From the NCBI RefSeq assembly GCF_964355755.1, contig NC_092676.1, positions 14,836,871 to 14,900,870 of the forward strand: a stretch of 64,000 nt of DNA, in the 5' to 3' direction. The notes beneath the pieces were generated by a model, which saw only the letters and a list, made by a program, of their open reading frames with translations, made no database searches and was not told the origin of the DNA. The translations under genes and the position numbers were made by a program. The stretch comes from Antedon mediterranea (taxonomy: Eukaryota; Animalia; Echinodermata). Shown here piece by piece: positions 12,409 to 25,667 of this stretch (positions are counted from its first letter, which is position 1; every line of letters starts with the position of its first letter).

Positions 12409-13149
12409 CTATTAAAAATTACATATCTCATTATTGTTAAAATAATAATAATTACATTGCTCAACTTATTTGACAAAAAAACCAAATAAAAAGCTTTCAC
12501 TTGTCTGGATTTGGCCTTGTAAATGAAATATAAAGTAATTATTTAATAAGTAAATGAATTGATTATTAGATTTACCGCGGTATTTATTTCAGTATACTGA
12601 TATTATACTAAGTATTACGATAATTTGATACAGAACATCTTAATAATATTTGTTTTAAAAAGTGTAGATTAAAAGTTGTCTTGTTCATGTAGCTTTGTTT
12701 ACACTGTTCATTAAAGTTAATAGAATTGACAAAGATTTTGTTTGTATTAAATTTTCACATCGTAAGTAGCATAATATATCATTCCTGCAGTGCCCGATAG
12801 AAGGGTGTGCATGATAACAGCCCATTGTAAACAAATAGTGCACCTGTTGCTATAAAGGTTGACAAAGTGAGAAGAGCTTGCATTACCTCAGCTGGTCACA
12901 GTAAAGATATTTTACATGTTACCAACACTGACAATCTATACGGTAAAGTCTTACCAATGGTTTAAACTTTATTTTACTAGGACTATTAATATTATCTTTT
13001 ATAGATTTTGGTATTGATACATTGAAACTGTCCATTTGAAACTGCCAAATCAATGAAAAACATTATGCCTTATCCTTGAATAGAATATAAAAGTTAGATA
13101 TAGTGACTAAGTCTACTTATGAAGAATGTCCAATCTTCTTGAAGAAGTT

Positions 13150-15210
13150 CCTAGTTCCTTTTTCCGACTGTAGTTTCATACATTTCCTTCCAATTTAAAA
13201 TTATTTTGCCAATAATAAAACCTGAGAAATTTCCTGTGTTACCACAGTCAATATATAAATAATTTCTGGCTCATGCAATTGTCTTTTAACAATTATGCAA
13301 TATGTCCGGAGGTTTAAACTGTGGGTATTCATGGGCCTACTCATAGAGTGTATTACTTGGAATCGTGTGAAAGTTGCATAAGCTTATCTTTAATCGGATC
13401 AGGAATATAAACTCCGAGAATACCACCATTTATATGAGAGCATGTACACACAGAGTTTTGTCACATGGGTAAATTATTCTAAAGTGTAATTGGATTGGAG
13501 ACTCATTGATCTTATTGTACAACCAATGAGTGGAGCGGGCCTCATCGATATCCAAACGTACTTTGAAGACTCAGATACCACCTCATTTAAAGATGTTACA
13601 ATAGTTTGACCTTTCATCCAGCGAGACTGTGGATGATCGACATCGCATGTAAAGATATGATAACAAATGTTAAGTCAAAGGCTGAAAGTGTGATATTGTT
13701 AAGTATCCCCCTCGAGAAGACATCGATGTTGAACAAGACAAACCAGATTGACTAAAACAACTTTGAACTTTCAAGCTTTAGCCATGGAACAAAATATCGG
13801 ATTCGTAAACATTTTTCGCTACAGGATAAGTATAGATAAATCAATTATTAGTAACGACAGATAACATTTATCTGAAACAGGGGAAAATCTTCTAGAAAAT
13901 TTATCATTAAACGAATATGCCTTCTAACAAAACGCCCGACGGAATTCTCAACAGACAACAAGACCAACGGTGGCAACATCCTACTTACTCCTTAATCGCA
14001 AAGATTGGAAGGCAACATAGAAATCTAAGACCACTTGTCTGCTACAACTGCGGAAAGCGAGGACACAAACAAGATCATTGTAGACACCTATAATAAATTT
14101 GCGCGTTTTAAAAAGGAAAGGATTACACTTCGTTCACTTTAACGTCAGATGAACTCCGGAACATAGCATCTAAAATAAATGTTGCTGACATTGCAATTTC
14201 GGAGTCATGGTAGATGAATCAGTAACTAACAATGAAATTGACATCAACGGATACACAGCTTTACGAGGTTCGATTAGAAAGTGAACAGAACCATGGATGA
14301 AAAATGAAATAATTATTAGAAAATATTAAACTCCGTGATTCTTTGTTAAAAAAGTAAAAAAAAAAAATAGGGTGATGAACAGACATGGTATGGGTTTCGA
14401 AAAATACGAAACCAAATACGAGAGAGACGTTAAACATGTCAAGAGCGAATTTACCAACACGATTGAGGAAAATAAGAAAGGCTCAAACCAATTTTGGAAA
14501 TAACTGAAATGATTAAGTTACAAGTTATGTTCTACTTAACATAAATGATGAAATCTGTTTTGACAACAATATTGTTGGTAATGATGTTAATTCAGTGTTG
14601 CTTCTAAAACACTTACACTTCCTAATAATACTATTAAAACATTTGACACTGAGGTCAATCGAATTAAAAAAGTACGATGACAACAAGGGATTATATATAG
14701 AGGGAATGAGTTTATCACTTGTATCAGAAGAATTTGTACTCAAGGAACTCCAAAGTTTAAATATCTGTAAGAGTACAGGACTAGATGACATTTCAGCAAG
14801 ATTCTTACGTGACGGTGCAAATGTACTCTAAGGTTCAATGTAGCTCATATTATTAATTTAAGTATTTCCTCCAATAATGTTCCTGACTATAGACCAATCA
14901 GCATTTTAAGTGTTTTGTCAAAAGTTCTTGAAAGAGCAGTTTATGTTCAAATGGAAAATTACCTTAAAGATAATAATGTAATGTTCGAATTTAATGAAAA
15001 CTTTTTTCTACAGACTCGTGTTTAATCCATAATTATTGATATATTAGAAATCAAATGTCAATTGGCAATTACATTGTATCTTTAGGTCTGCAAATAGCAT
15101 TTTAGACAGTTCACCGTGATATATTGATCGAAAGGCAATTGTGATTGGATCAATATAGTGGTTCAAATAAAATTTTAAGAATAGGCAACAATTAGTATAT
15201 GTTTATGCAT
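13150..15210 (+). mobile_element. Old degenerate LINE with ORF1 zinc knuckle, endonuclease and RT remnants (start approximate)
   Basis: CYNCGKRGHKQDHC at 14040-14081; IAISESW; KSTGLDDISARFLRDG; YRPISILSVLSKVLE; many stops. Confidence 0.8.
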
Positions 15211-16039
15211 GGATTAAGGAATAGAAGGATATGAGATTGGCTGTGATGTGGATGACACAATCACTAGCCAATCACAAGGCACTACAATTTCGATATAATC
15301 ACATCGATAATTAAGGAAATTCATGAAGAAACCAATGCTAAGCCATATATTAATTAAAAACACATTTGTTGTATTGTAAACTACTGCACACGGTAACGAC
15401 ATACATGGTCGAATGCATAAGTTAATATTCTATAGATTGACGAAATTTTTAATTTCAGGAAGATAATGTGATAATTTAAATATAAAAATTGCATATTTTA
15501 TTAATATTAACAACTACATAAAATTGCATTCGTAAGAAAGTGAACTTTTCATAGTCCGATTGTGAAGAAATTAAAACAAATTCCTCAGCAATATCTTGTT
15601 GTTGTCAATGAATCATCGACGCCGACATGTCAATAGAAAACTCAGACTGCGCATACAATTTCTACATGGCTTTTTCTTTAAAAAATGTAACAGTTGATTT
15701 GCAGCGTTCTATAGAGGTTAGAGACACGGTTCAAATAACGTGTTTGATTGATTGGCAGCATTGCTTTAGTATGGGCGAGCACGTTGGAAAATCGTTTGAT
15801 GTCACCGTCGATACGTATACAGCTCCAATATATATTTCTTAAACCATGGTATGTGTAAATAGGGTAACATCTAAGCCACTTAGATTTCTCATGGTGTACC
15901 TCAGGAAGTATAATTATTTGGGCTTCTATTATTTCTATGCTATGTTAACGATATGAAAATAAGTGTAAAATTGTAATTTTATTTTATACGCTGACGACAG
16001 CGTTCTTTTAGTGTCTGGAAAGAACCCACTATAATCTAA

Positions 16040-16596
16040 AGGGGTCGTCAAACATACGGCCAGCCTGTGGTTCTTTTTTTGGCCAGCCTGTGGTCCGAGG
16101 GCGCCAGACATTTGGCCAGCCTGTGGTCCCGAGGGCGCTAGCATGAAAACACACAGCCCGTCTCAGCTCTGTGATTCTTTTTTTGGCCAGCCTGTGGTCC
16201 GAGGACGCTAGACATACTGGCCAGCCTGAGTGTGGTCCCAAGGGCGCTAGACATAACTTTTCCATGCTTTTCTAAAGTGAGCCCTCTACAGCTGTTTTCA
16301 TTTTATAAAAACTTAACTGTGCTTTGACAAGAATATGTGTCTTAATGTATTATATTAGATTATTATTTTTTTATATTAAATAATGTTTTTGGACACATTT
16401 ACGGCCGCCATCTTCCTGTTGGAATCACTTTTCAGTCTGGAGTACGCCCTATGTTCTTATTACATGTCTATGGCTCTCTGGCTGACTGAAATGTCTAGCG
16501 CCCTCGGGACCACAGGCTGGCCAAATGTCTAGCGCCCTCGGACCACAGGCTGGCCATAAAAGAACCACAGGCTGGCCGTGTGTTTGACGACCCCTG
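16040..16596. mobile_element. hAT-like MITE
   Basis: TIR aggggtcgtcaaaca..ggccagcctgtggttctt with subterminal ggccagcctgtggtcc repeats; TSD not clean. Confidence 0.75.
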
Positions 16597-16839
16597 CTCA
16601 CTATAATAGCTGAGTTCATAATTGTCAGCCTGTAATAAATGGCTCATTGACAACATGTTATCCTGTAATATGGGTACTGAGGCCACGCTTATTTGGAATC
16701 AAACATAAAATGAAAATGCTGCGATAGTTTAAAGTATACTGTGATGAAATCCCAATAAAAACAGTGTCAACAATCAAATATTTAGGAGAATCACAACACA
16801 AATCGTCCGATTGGTGGGGGTCACACAACAATCGCATTC

Positions 16840-17200
16840 TAAATAATCGTCTGGCTAGTAGAATCCAACGGTGGGCGTTACTACTTAACGAATACAACTA
16901 CAAAATAGAATATTTACGTTCAGAGGAAAACGCAGTAGCAGACGCATTATCGCGTTTACAACATAAAAAAGAAACCCAAAACCTTGAACATGCGATCTAC
17001 AATATCAGCTGGAATTTGCCAGATGAAGGCAATTGACCGATCATACCTGTAGTGGCCCAAGCTAATCTAGATATTGAGAATATGATTAAGAGTTGTAATC
17101 CATGCCTAAGTGTTAGAAGTTGTTTACCTACACACCACTTCCTTAGAAGTGGCCAACTAGACCATCCAGAGAATACATATTTTTTGTGAGAAGGATAAAG
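16840..17200 (+). mobile_element. Gypsy-type LTR retrotransposon pol fragment
   Basis: RIQRWALLLNEYNYKIEY...NAVADALSRL (RNase H end) followed by degenerate integrase zinc-binding region. Confidence 0.8.
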
Positions 17201-17399
17201 ATAATTTCACGGGTTTTTTTTCGCGGTACTACTGAAGCCGTATTTATGAAAACCGCTCCCCTGATCTCATATTTTCCAAAGTGAGCCTTAAATTTAATGT
17301 GTAAACGACAAATATCTTTTCCAATTATGTACTACGCTAATCACACAGCACACTTCAGATTACTATATTATTTACGCTTATCATGAGATGTTGAGCTAA

Positions 17400-17880
17400 A
17401 TCTAGGATCACTACAGCTTGCTTTATGCCGATGACATGAAATGTATTCAGCAGATTAACAGTGATGATTTTCACACCGATTTCAGACAGTTCTTAATACT
17501 TGATAATGTTCTGCAAGTGGTGTGAAACTTGGGGTATGCTATATTAGTGTTAAGAAATGTAAATTTTTAAATGTTAGCTTAAAAAATCGAATATAATTTT
17601 CCACTATCATATTGATAATGTGAAATATCACACTATCTCAGTGTTGTTATTGATTGATTAACAACTTTAATCGTCATATTAAGCATATTAGATTAGTAAA
17701 GGTAATAGAATGTTAGGCATAATTAAACGAAATTTTGGAAATTAAGAAATCTCAACATCTTGGTTTGCCTTTATAATGTCCTTAATTAAGAATGGTTCGA
17801 TATATTGTACAACGTAGATTTACAAAATTTGTTTCAAAATGATGCAATATCTTAAAGACAAAATTAGAAATGTTTGTAAT
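17400..17880 (+). mobile_element. Degenerate CR1-like LINE fragment
   Basis: LYADDMKC, WCETWG, RMLGIIKRNF, VQRRFTK remnants. Confidence 0.65.
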
Positions 17881-18034
17881 TGGTTCTGGTGGACCTTGTC
17901 GATGTTTTTTTGTCTTTTATTTTATGTATTACAGTCTGTCAATGGCGGGCTCCTTACTGTTGATTGTTAATTGAGATTTAGGCTAAACAAAATTAATTAA
18001 ATCGTTGTGTGCGGGTATGTTTCAGCCTCGTCAT

Positions 18035-18248
18035 ACAGTGTATGAAGATACATCTCTTTTCGGGGCAAATCATCAACCTAAATTTGTTTTAATCGACTAT
18101 AAAGAATTATCTAGCTTATCTAGTCAACAGGGTTACACTAGGTGTTAAAATCAGTACCGAAAGCATGTCCATACATTTACTATACCATTGAGTAAAAGTT
18201 AGGCGCGATTTACCCAATTTTACCCTTGCGTAAATATTTATATATAGA
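18035..18248 (-). mobile_element. Helitron 5'-end fragment
   Basis: Homologous by eye to 29547-29780. Confidence 0.7.
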
Positions 18249-18370
18249 TAAAGTATATTCAATGAATTGTGTTTGGCCCTATAATATATATTATAATATT
18301 TACATTGTGCTGCGGTATATATTCTTTGTTTTCTAAATTGTCTATATCTATTTCATTTAATGAATTCCTT

Positions 18371-18542
18371 CACTTGCACTGATGAAGGGCTAGTGTTGCC
18401 CGAAAGCTCTGCTAACTTTTCTGGCTGTTTACTTTATCGTTTTGATTTAGCTTTTCGCTTTTTATTTTTGTATCTCCATTGAGATCCAGCCACTGATACC
18501 CACAGCATTGTCATTTTTTTCAGTAATTTGCCTTTGGATCTA
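18371..18542 (+). mobile_element. Penelope-like pseudo-LTR / retrozyme-like repeat
   Basis: ~170-bp repeat also at 1113, 6147, 6410 and 27907; carries hammerhead motif. Confidence 0.7.
18374..18414 (+). ncRNA. Minimal type I hammerhead ribozyme motif
   Basis: GCA-CUGAUGA-A-GGGC(uaguguu)GCCC-GAAA-GCUC-UGC: both catalytic core boxes, stem II, palindromic AGCU stem III, short stem I. Confidence 0.8.
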
Positions 18543-18685
18543 TTTCATTTAATGTAAACAAACATACTAATTGCGTAACCATCACTGTTAGCTTTCTTGT
18601 GTATTTACTAACGTTACAGAAGCCTAGTTAGTCTATCATAGTATGATAATTACTACTGCACAAATGTGATATTGCATAAACTTAC

Positions 18686-18856
18686 GTAGGAAAATCTTGA
18701 AACATCTTGGTGAATAGTTCCAATTGATGTCCAATTGAAATATTTGATGAGACGAATTCTTGCTACGTTGTCGGCACTTTCTGATGGAACAGTACGATAA
18801 AAATAAGGATACTTATCTTGCTGAGATAGAGATGGTGTAGTATCAGCAAAAGAAAG
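18686..18856 (-). CDS. GABBR2: GABBR2 exon 3
   Basis: LSFADTTPSLSQQDKYPYFYRTVPSE...HQDVSRFSY; AG/GT flanks, 171 nt. Confidence 0.95.
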
Positions 18857-19097
18857 CTGGAAGAATAGGGAACATTGTAGCAATAATAAAATATATTGGT
18901 AAAAACCAACCTTGTAATAGCGCAAAAATTCTATATTCATTCAATATATTAAACTATGTTAAATAAGTGTCATACGTCTGTATACAAATTATTGCTATTA
19001 TTAAAACTGAAAATTATAAGATTAACTTTAAGACATTTAATTTAATTTCGGTTTCTTCTTTATCCATGCAATACTGTTTGTATCCTGCTTGATATTA

Positions 19098-19975
19098 CAG
19101 TTGAACCTCCCTGAGCGACCACCTTCCGTAATCGGTCACCTCCCTTAACGGCCGCACTTTCAAAAGCCCGTTTGTTCTTCCTATATTAGTAAATTTGGTA
19201 CCTTTCGTAAGCGGCCACCTCCTGTAAACGGCCACTTTTAATTTAAGCGGCCACCAGAAAAATAAAAAATACAATGTTGATACTTAGTGTGCTTTATATA
19301 TTATTAGCTTTATTCGAAGCGGTTTTAAACATTTCTGTGAAGAACATTCCTGTGTTTTTTTTAGATGAGATGAGAAAAGTACACAGATTTTGACCGACCA
19401 TTTTCATATGATGATAAAAGCTTTTAAAATGTTAAAGATGTATTGTCCTCCTGAAAAAATTAAATTTAAACAATTTTTTTTTGTTGAATATGCAATTATA
19501 ATGTCACATAATAGTTATCCACTTTGACCAAAAATGGGATAAAAAAAATTAAATACTTGAAAAAAAACTATAATTTACACAAAAAATAGTCAAATTGGCT
19601 GCCAGCCAATGAACTTTTGGTTGATTTTAACCATTTATTTTGTCATTTTATAAGTAAAAACATTATTTTTTTTCGTATTTGTTTCTACGGAAGTAATTAA
19701 CTGTATTAAAACTACAAAATAAACTATTCAAAATCTAATTTAATTAATCTTCATTTTTCATGTTTTTTGGGGGAAAATACATCTTTAAATAATACAAACC
19801 ACCTGAATACTAAAATACAATTATCTGGAAAATATAGAGGCCCGTTGCGTTAAGAACGCCGTAAAATATCGTGCATAGACATAATACGTGATTTTGGCCC
19901 TCGGCATAATCTCCCCTAAGCGGTCACCTCCCGTAATCGGCCAATTTTCCCCGTCCCAAGAGTGACCGCTTACTG
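19098..19975. mobile_element. Tc1/pogo-type non-autonomous element
   Basis: TA-cagttgaacctc start, gcggccacc repeats, shortened right end ...gaccgcttactg-TA. Confidence 0.65.
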
Positions 19976-19977
19976 TA

Positions 19978-21702
19978 TGTAAGAAATTAATTAAACAAAT
20001 TATAAATATAAGCGATACGATGTATCCAATAACACATATTGTTAATTTATCATTATCTCTAAAGGTTTTTCCTAATGATATGAAATTTGCTAAGGTCACA
20101 CCATTATTTAAAAAGAACAATAGGCAGGAAGTTAGTAATTATAGACCTATTAGCATCTTACCAGTAATATCTAAGATAATCGAAAAAGCTGTTTTTGTAC
20201 AATTACATAACTATCACAATGAAAACAATGTAATTAATGATTTTCAATCAGGTTTTAGAGGAAATTATTCTACTGATACTGCTTTAATTAATTTAACCGA
20301 TCATATAAGATCTGAAATATCTAAAGGTAACTTTACAGGTTTGGTAGTCCTTGACATACAAAAGGCTTTTGATACAGTCAACCATCAGATATTATTGCAA
20401 AAACTGGTTCATATGGGCATTGATAAAGATTCTTTATTATGGTTTGAATCATATTTGAAAGATCGCAAACAAATTACATCAGTAAATGGCGTTCAGTCTC
20501 AACCATGTACTATATCTAGCGGAGTTCCGCAAGGTAGCATTTTAGGACCTCTTTTATTCATATGCTACATGAATGACATCCCAATTAGTGTAAATTGCAA
20601 TATTATGTTATATGCTGATGATATAATATTGTTGTCTTCTGGTAATGATATTAGACAAATAGCTAATGATTTAAGTTCAAACCTGGAATCCTGTAACAAC
20701 TGGCTTATAAACAACAAACTATCATTACATCCTGATAAAACTGAATCAATATTGTTTGGTACTAAAAGAAAACTTAAGAATGTTCATGATTTTGCTGTTA
20801 TGTTTAAAAATAAGTTGATATGTAAGAAGAATATGATCTCTGTTTGCTTGATGAAGACCTGTCTGGAGAATCTATGGTTCAAAAAGTTCTTAGTAAGACT
20901 AATTCAAGACTTAAATTTTTGTATAGACATTCTGCATGTCTAAATTTCTTTTCTCGTAAAATTCTATGTTCGGCACTGATCACTTGTCACTTTGACTATG
21001 CATGTTGCTCCTGGTTTTCCGGTGTTTCTAAAAAACTTAAACAAAGACTCCAAACCAGTCAAAATAAAGTTGCTAGGTTTATATTAAATAAAAATAATCG
21101 TGCACATATTGGTAAAGACGAACTGAACCAAATCGGTCAATTATGTCTAGAGGATAGAATTTGCCAACTCAAACTTAATCATGTTCATAAGATTTTTTAT
21201 GGAAAATCAGTACCTTATTTGACTGAAAAGTTTCAAAGAGTTTCATCTAACCACCATTATATGACTAGAAGTAGTGTCAATGGTTTTTCAGTTCCTAAAT
21301 CTGATAGTCAGATATCTAAAACGTTTTATTATACAGGCATAAAGGCATGGAATAACCTACCTCATTCCATTCAACAAATAGAAAACAAATTTAATTTTAA
21401 GAAAAATGTTAAATCACATTTCTGTTCTACCAAATAATTTTATAAGTCAATCATAATCTTTAATTTAACTTGTTTTTTATATTATTGTTTTTGTAATATT
21501 TACGTGTTTAATGCAATACTTTGTAATGTTTATATTTTTTATTTTAGATTGTAAAAGGATCCCAATGGAAATAAGCTGATAAGCTTTTTGGGCTATCCTG
21601 GAAAGTCTTTTATAAATGTATTATTTGTAATGTCCGTAATTTATGTTATCACTTTGTATGTATTTTTTATGATGATTTTCCAAATAAATTCAATTCAATT
21701 CA
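19978..21702 (+). mobile_element. 5'-truncated LINE (CR1/L2/Crack group), RT with one frameshift
   Basis: YRPISILP, LDIQKAFDTV, GVPQGSILGPLLF, YADD; frame change near 20830; AATAAA and (TTCAA)n tail. Confidence 0.92.
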
Positions 21703-21939
21703 TGTTCATAAAAGTACAATCGCATTGTTGAGTATAGTGTGAGAATGTATATTCAAGCTACACGACAGTAGGCCTACGACGGAACGGAAGATGCCTCCTC
21801 CCGACTCTGGCTGTCCGTCGGTACCATCGCGGTCCGTCGGTAAAAAAAAAGGGTGCCGGGGATTCAAAGAAGAATAAACTACTATTCTGAAATTGAAGAC
21901 TCACAACTACATTGCATGTGTGCTAAGTGTGCTGTTATT

Positions 21940-22136
21940 TTGAAACGACAAGATGAAGAAATCTGTGAGAATAAGAAAAAATCGGCCCAACCGAGATTCG
22001 AACCCGGTCATCCTGCTTGATAGTATGCAGATGTACGTCCTAACCATTAGACAACTTGGGCTTTCGTGGTATAGTTCAAAATCGATTGGATAGCGGCTCT
22101 TTATTCTCGGCGTGGTACGGCGGAACAGCACTAGTC
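21940..22136 (-). mobile_element. Diverged second copy of the tRNA-containing element
   Basis: Aligns by eye to 27632-27825 including sequence upstream of the tRNA. Confidence 0.75.
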
Positions 22137-24513
22137 CCTCAATCCGGGTCCAGGAATTGCCAATTTGCCGACAAAATTAGTGTCATTACCTGTACGTCAT
22201 GTGGTGATCAATAATAATGTTCCAGGATTGCATAGTCATGTTATCTTATAAGGATAACGATGCAAAATTAAATCTGACTTGTAGTTTTCGAAATATAACA
22301 TGTTTCATTGATATTTCCAATGGTGATATATAAAATAAATTACTAAAAAACGTAATTATATGTAATTATTTTTACCAAAAATGGCGTAGTTCATACAACT
22401 GTCGACTGAGGGCGCAAATTGTTTACATCGTTCGTGGCTAAAAACGATAATTTTCGGTGATGTTTTAGACCTTATATTTTGAAAAAATTCCTTCTTTATT
22501 GCAATATTAATATTTAATTTGGTTGAAAAATAACAACTTTTAATTTTGTATCGTTATTCCTACTGCTACATATAAGACGACATGAACTATTCAAAATCCT
22601 GGATACGCAGTGTTCAGCCAGATCAAAGAGTTGGTATTTATCGAAATTGAAGAATGCCATGAAAGCCCCAGTGGTATTAATGGTTAGGGCACTGCATATC
22701 AAGCAGAATGTTTAGGGTTTTATCTCGTTTAGGCCGACTCTTCAATCTCATAGCAGATTCCATCATCTTTAATTTATTGATTTCTAGTATATCAACGGGC
22801 GGTTTAGAATTTGTTTTGTGGCCGTGATGACAATGTACACGGGACACTATTTAAAAGGTCAGTAATGAATGGGTAGCAAGCACTTCAATATCAACACCCT
22901 AAATCAATATTGAAATTTCAAACACTCCAACTCATCTCCGTTACTAATTCAATAAGTATACGCTAAGTAATTCAATTTGGCCGTCATAATAAATTATTTT
23001 CATTTTCTGTGAGATCATTCGTTACAGTATTTTACATATGGCTCTCATTATTAATAAAATATAATAGTTGTTTTATTATTAGTAGGCCTATAATTACACA
23101 AGAAAATCAAACGTATCTTATTAAACTCGAAATTATTCGCCTACTGGTAATATAATATTATAATATATGTTGAATTTCTGTCAACTCAATAATAATGATG
23201 TATCAATTTCATCCTTTGTGATTTAGTTATAAAATAAGAGCATAGAAGAAATGACGAATATAACTCAATACTAAATTATGAATTCAACATTCAATTTAAT
23301 GATTATAGCTTTATTTGGTAAATATTATTCATTATATTTCTCCTAATCGGGTTATAAATTTCAATAGCATAAATTTGCCATTAGACCTATAAAAAGACGG
23401 TTGTATATAAAAAAAAGGACAAATTGTTCAAACAAAAATAATATGGAGTGAGTTTGTGCAGCCTGTTATGCATGACAGATGGCTAACAGCCAATAGATAT
23501 TTTAACCTTGAGCGATAAACATTATAACCGAACAAATCAAAATACAGTATTTCACATTATGCAACGGCTGGTTTGAATATTATGATTACCACGTCGATTT
23601 CAAAGGTAAGATGCAGCTCCGTAATTATAATAAATCAGACGTTCAGATATCAATGCTTGAATAGAGTAATGAGAAAGTTGAAGAATACACACAATTATCT
23701 ACGTTCATTGGAAGCAGTTACAAGCAAAATTATAACAAAGGCCATGAATCCAAAATGTCATTGGATAAAAAACTCATTGCGTAAGAAAATATATATTATT
23801 ATCAAGTGATAAAGCACAGTAATAACGTAATCAGTAACCATTTTCATTACAGTGGCAAAAAAACATTATCTGTATATTACATAATGTCAGGATTTTTTCT
23901 AAGGACAAAATTACAACTCCACTCCCAAAGACTTGTAATAAGACTTTGTTTATGTAGAGCATCTTGTGTATATGTTTGTCTTGTGAATAATCAGCAATCT
24001 GCTGGATAGATCACCCTCATTAAATATGGTAACAAAAAAAATAATCAATGAAATTATTAATAAATAGATTAAAGTCCATGTGCGAACACTTCTATTGATC
24101 ATACATTTTAATAATTATCGATCTAAAATTTTCATTGTGTAATACGATTTGTTGAAAATAAGCATTTTTCAGTGAGGGTATAGGCCTAATTCAAATTAAA
24201 CAGTAAAATTCCTATTCTTTTGTACACAAACAAATGTTGTATATAATAAACTGTGTGCTAAAAAATAATATCAGATGACGGAACGAGCATGCGCAGAATT
24301 AAATTGTAATAACTCATAATCTCTCTAGGCCCGGTAAATATTACGAGTTATTAATGTTACCCGACAATTTACCAAAACAGATAGATCTAAAATAATTAAG
24401 GCCCTTAACGAAAACATTTGTTTTAACTATTATAGGGCGATTGTTTGTGTTTTGATGCACTACTGTGCTGAACTAAACAATTGATAATCATTGTAAGCTT
24501 ATTAAACACTAAC

Positions 24514-24651
24514 CTGTGGTATATTCCATAGATGTATCGATTCAGCAATTGGTGATGTTACCTCTGGACAAACTCCACCAAAAACCATAAATTTAGTTGG
24601 GCTTGAGGCCATAGACTCAAAGAAACTTCGCATTCCAATTGCCATATCACA
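24514..24651 (-). CDS. GABBR2: GABBR2 exon 2
   Basis: Hand translation CDMAIGMRSFFESMASSPTKFMVFGGVCPEVTSPIAESIHLWNIPQ; MVFGGVCP motif is GABA-B2-like; AG/GT flanks, 138 nt. Confidence 0.93.
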
Positions 24652-24788
24652 CTAAATTAAATAAAACATTATTTATTTATATCTTTCTGAACAAGATTAA
24701 ATTATGAGACCAAGTTCTCTATTTACAGAATATATATGCGCTGTAATGTATGAGTAATTGGATTATTTATATAATTATAATGCTCCTA

Positions 24789-25002
24789 CTACACGGAATA
24801 GACGTATATCAACGCCAGTCAAGTGCTAATCTGGGCAAGCGCTACACGGAATAGACGTATATCAACGCCAGTCAAGTGCTAATCTGGGCAAGCGCTACAC
24901 GGAATAGACGCATATCAACGCCAGTCAAGTGCTAATCTGGGCAAGCGCTACACGGAATAGACGCATATCAACGCCAGTCAAGTGCTAATCTGGGCAAGCG
25001 CT
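24789..25002. repeat. 53-bp minisatellite, 4 copies
   Basis: ctacacggaatagacg(t/c)atatcaacgccagtcaagtgctaatctgggcaagcg. Confidence 0.95.
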
Positions 25003-25667
25003 CCATGGTTTACATGACTGCCGTGGTTTCGATATAATAGTAGATAGCATGCATACGACTTTCCTCAGTTTCCAGACAAACTTGAGGACGAGTATAATTG
25101 CATTTATATTTACAAATAGGAAAAAAGCAAAGAAAGATTATCGTGAATAGCAGTGTATGCAAAGTAATACATCATAATAGCCAAATATTTCTTCGTTGAG
25201 TTATATATTATATAAAAACAAAATGTTATTTAAATAGAAAGGATGACCTATAAAGTGCTTGTATATAAGTTTGCCCATTGGGAAAATGAAATTGGTATTG
25301 AAACTACAAATTCGTTTGATATTTGGTCAAGAAAAATTAAAAAATGAGAAAAACAAAAAAATATGCACAAACATTATCATGGAAAAAGATCAATGAAATA
25401 TTTAAAAAGTTAGATAATAGTAACTGTTCTTTGGTGAGAATAAAGGATAAGTTATACTCAATTGTTCTATACTCTATATACTAAATAAAAATACTGTCAG
25501 ATTTAAATAGGTCAATTAAAAACTCATTTAGCATGTTTAAAAATATACTAACACAAGAGCATTATGCATGAATGTATTTTATTAATAGACTTACCGATTT
25601 TGCATAGATATATATACATATATGTCACCGGGCGGTTTAGAATTAATGCTCTTTGCCTAATGTGTGT

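Noticed and set aside
14040-14081. CCHC zinc knuckle as a host gene or retroviral gag
   Set aside because: Directly upstream of decayed LINE endonuclease/RT; best explained as LINE ORF1
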